From Desulfomicrobium sp. (GTDB lineage Bacteria > Desulfobacterota > Desulfovibrionia > Desulfovibrionales > Desulfomicrobiaceae), in assembly GCA_040768745.1 (NCBI GenBank), contig JAXGMI010000001.1:128001-192000 (forward strand): a DNA stretch of 64,000 bases, in the 5' to 3' direction. Positions 61,118 to 64,000 of the stretch are shown here, in pieces; within the stretch, counting starts at the first letter, position 1; each line of letters starts with the position of its first letter. The position numbers and the translations under genes are program-made. The notes below the pieces were generated by a model. It was not told where the DNA came from, ran no database searches, and saw only the letters and a program-made list of their open reading frames with translations.

Positions 61118-62880
61118 TGTTCGCCAGTCCCGCCATCCTGCCGCGCCTGCGGTCCAGCGACCTCTTCACCGAGGCAGACCTCTACCAGGCCCGCTTTGCC
61201 GCCTCCCTGGCCCGGCCGGGACACGCCGATCTCGCGGCCGGCCTGACGGCCCTCGTGTCTCTGGCCGTGCGCGAGGGGCACGTCTGCCTGCATCTCGGCG
61301 ATAAGGGCGTGCGCGAGCGGCTGGCCGCATTGGGCCTGGACGGATCGGACGACTGCCTCCAGACTGGCGTTGTCGGCGCACCGGATTCCGGGCTATCGCT
61401 CATCCTCGACGGGGAGCGCCTCTATTTTCCCCGTTTCTTCGGCGACGAGCAGTCCCTGGCCCGCGCATTCCTGCGCCTGGCCGGGACGCCGCCCCGGGAC
61501 ATACCTGCCAAGCTGCTGCCCGACATTTTCAAGGCCCGAGGCGGGCAAACCGACTGGCAGGACGTGGCCTGCTTCGCTGCCCTGCGCAGCCGCTTCTGCG
61601 TCATCTCCGGCGGCCCCGGTACGGGCAAGACCACGACCGTGGCCCGCATCCTGGCCCTGGCTGTTCGCCTGCACGCCGGAAAGGATTTCCGCATCCGCCT
61701 GGCCGCGCCCACGGGCAAGGCGGCCTCGCGCATGTCCGAGGCACTGGCCTCGGCCTTTCCGGGTGAAAGCCTGCCGCCGGAACTGAAAACGAACCTCTCG
61801 CAGGACGCCCAGACCGTGCACCGCCTGCTGGGCTGGAGCGCTCGGGGCTTCATCCACGGCCCGGACAACCCGTTGCCCCTGGACATGCTGGTGGTGGACG
61901 AGGCGTCCATGCTGGACCTGGAGCTGGCCGCGCGCCTCATGGACGCCCTGCCCGACCATGCCGGGCTGGTGCTCCTGGGCGACCGCAACCAGCTGGCCTC
62001 GGTGGAGGCCGGGGCAGTGCTGGCCAGCCTCTGCCGCGAGGACGTGGTCAACGCCTTCTCGCCGGATTTCGCGGCCGACGCCGCCAAGGCCTGTGCCCAT
62101 GGGCTGCCCGTAACGGGGAGTCCGGCCCTGCTGACGGACCATGTGGTGGAGCTGAAGAAGAACTGGCGTTTCGGTGCGGACAGCGGCATCGCGGCCCTGG
62201 CCGAGTACATCCGCAAGGGGGAGGCGGAGAGGGCGGCAGCGCTCCTGGCAACGCCACGTGGGGGTGTGATGATGAAGACATGTTCCGGACAGGCGGAACT
62301 GGTTGCGGAACTCGCCCCACTCCTGCGCAAGGCGTTCAGGTCCTTGGGCAGCGAAACGGACCCGGCCCGGGCCTTCGAAATTTTCGGGGCCCTGCGTCTG
62401 CTCTCGCCAGTCCGCAGAGGACCGCGCGGGACCGAAACCCTAAACCGCTTGGCCCGCGAGGCCCTGGGTATGCCGGCAGGGGACGGCTGGTATCCGGGTC
62501 GGCCGGTCATGATCCTGGAAAACGACTACAACCTCGGCCTCTTCAACGGCGACACAGGCATCGCCCTGCCCGCCGGCGACACCCTGCGGGTCTACTTCCC
62601 CGCTCCCGAAGGCTTCGTCTCCTTCGTCCCGGCCCGCCTGCCCCGACACGAAACCTGCTACGCCATAACCGTCCACAAGAGCCAGGGCTCGGAATTCCGC
62701 CACACCGTCCTGATCCTGCCCGAGGAACCCTGCCCGGTCTTGAGCCGGGAACTCCTCTATACGGCCCTGACTCGGTCGCGCGAACGCTTCAGTCTGGTCG
62801 GTACAGCGGAACAGGCCATGGAGGCCATCCTCCGCCCGGCGCGGCGGGATTCGGGCCTGTGGGCCATGCTGAACCGCTGA
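61117..62880 (+). CDS. recD: Exodeoxyribonuclease V alpha subunit
   Basis: GGPGTGKTT, APTGKAA, VDEASM, GD..QLASV, NGDTG, TVHKSQGSEF, YTALTR. Confidence 0.97.
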   Translation: MFASPAILPRLRSSDLFTEADLYQARFAASLARPGHADLAAGLTALVSLAVREGHVCLHLGDKGVRERLAALGLDGSDDCLQTGVVGAPDSGLSLILDGERLYFPRFFGDEQSLARAFLRLAGTPPRDIPAKLLPDIFKARGGQTDWQDVACFAALRSRFCVISGGPGTGKTTTVARILALAVRLHAGKDFRIRLAAPTGKAASRMSEALASAFPGESLPPELKTNLSQDAQTVHRLLGWSARGFIHGPDNPLPLDMLVVDEASMLDLELAARLMDALPDHAGLVLLGDRNQLASVEAGAVLASLCREDVVNAFSPDFAADAAKACAHGLPVTGSPALLTDHVVELKKNWRFGADSGIAALAEYIRKGEAERAAALLATPRGGVMMKTCSGQAELVAELAPLLRKAFRSLGSETDPARAFEIFGALRLLSPVRRGPRGTETLNRLAREALGMPAGDGWYPGRPVMILENDYNLGLFNGDTGIALPAGDTLRVYFPAPEGFVSFVPARLPRHETCYAITVHKSQGSEFRHTVLILPEEPCPVLSRELLYTALTRSRERFSLVGTAEQAMEAILRPARRDSGLWAMLNR

Positions 62881-62992
62881 CAGAGGTGGAATCCCGATCG
62901 TACATGAATAATTTCCGATGGTTCCTTGCCAAACAGGGACCGGAAGCTGTATTCTTGTTTGATTCTGATCCACAACACAGGGGACTTTCGAC

Positions 62993-64000
62993 ATGACATT
63001 TATCGGAAATTCTTGGAAAAATCTGAACCTGTGGCAAAAGGCCGCGGCCGTGACGGTGTGCTGCGTGGCGCTCTACGCCGCCTTCGGATTCCTGCTCCTG
63101 CCCCTGATCACCCGCCATGTGCTGATCGAAAAGGTCGGCCCGGCCATGAACCGGCAGGTCAGCGTCGGGGACATCCGCTTCAACCCCTTCGCCCTGACCG
63201 CCGACATCACAGGGCTGACCATCAGCGAGCGCAACTCGACCGGGGAGTTCGTGGCCTTCGACGCCCTGCACACCAACCTCGAACTCAGCTCCCTGCTGCG
63301 CCTGGCCATCGTCATGCGCGACCTGCGCCTGGACGGACCGCGCATCAACATCCGCCTCGACCGGGATGGCCGCACCAACTTCGCGGACCTCGCCGGCGGC
63401 AAGCAGGAGCCCGCCCCCGAAAAGTCCGAGCCGCTCATCGTGCCCGTGATCATCGAGCCGGTCAGCGTCGGCAACGGCACCATCGTCTTCGAGGACCAAG
63501 CCCACGGCGTGACGCACGTGGTCGATGAGATCAACTTTCTGGTGCCCCAGTTCTCGTCACGCAAGAAGGACTGGACGACCTTCATGACCCCGACCCTGTC
63601 CTTCCGCGCCAACGGGGCGCCCTTCAACCTCCAAGGAAAGACCATCCCCTTCGACAACTCCCTGAAAACCGAGTTCGCCCTCAACGTCATGGACCTCGGC
63701 CTGCCCCAGTACTGGGCCTACGCCCTGGCCAGCGACAACCTCAAGCTGGCCAAGGGGACCCTGAACCTCGAAAACAAGCTTGTCTTCGAGCGGCACGAGG
63801 ACAGTCTGCCGACCTTCTCCCTGCAGGGCACGATCACGGGGCGCGACATCGAACTGACGGACGACGGGGAGCCCGTGCTCTCGGCCGCCAGCACGGAAAT
63901 CGTTCTGGACGACATCTCCATCCTCAACCTGCAGCTCGGCCTGCGCTCCGTGAGCCTGGAGAGCCCGTTCATCAAGGTCGTGCGCAAAAAGGACGGCAGC
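62993..64000 (+). CDS. DUF748 / AsmA-like protein, 5' part (runs off the window)
   Basis: Not in the ORF track (no stop in window); own translation MTFIGNSW...Y...GFLLLP...RQVSVGDIRFNPFALT; GGGGA RBS. Confidence 0.8.
   Translation, partial: MTFIGNSWKNLNLWQKAAAVTVCCVALYAAFGFLLLPLITRHVLIEKVGPAMNRQVSVGDIRFNPFALTADITGLTISERNSTGEFVAFDALHTNLELSSLLRLAIVMRDLRLDGPRINIRLDRDGRTNFADLAGGKQEPAPEKSEPLIVPVIIEPVSVGNGTIVFEDQAHGVTHVVDEINFLVPQFSSRKKDWTTFMTPTLSFRANGAPFNLQGKTIPFDNSLKTEFALNVMDLGLPQYWAYALASDNLKLAKGTLNLENKLVFERHEDSLPTFSLQGTITGRDIELTDDGEPVLSAASTEIVLDDISILNLQLGLRSVSLESPFIKVVRKKDGS

Overview
A 64-kb, GC-rich chromosomal segment from a sulfate-reducing deltaproteobacterium (Desulfovibrionales, Desulfomicrobium-like; inferred from gene content and style, not from a database match). 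The left ~41 kb is mostly minus-strand housekeeping: asmA-like gene, Ser/Thr kinase plus metallophosphoesterase, moxR-DUF58-transglutaminase, dapB, ligA-type ligase, K+ channel, uvrB, clpS-clpA-aat-yjgA, PEP synthase, pyruvate carboxylase, birA, a che cluster and typA. The 41-54 kb region is a metal/sulfur/methyl neighbourhood: SAM methyltransferase, Crp/Fnr regulator, nitroreductase-yitJ, znuACB-zur with two Zur-type boxes, two rhodanese proteins, MauE/DoxX, an MBL hydrolase and an arsR-hgcA-hgcB mercury-methylation operon. An HD hydrolase, recC-recB-recD and a partial DUF748 gene follow. The main observation is that the ORF track truncates hgcA. The frame extends 45 codons upstream to an ATG next to arsR and crosses an in-frame TGA in a Cys-TGA-Gly-Pro-Pro context. 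A SECIS-like hairpin follows the TGA, so HgcA is very probably a selenoprotein with a Cys/Sec-containing N-terminal arm. No tRNA, rRNA, CRISPR array, transposase or integrase was recognised.
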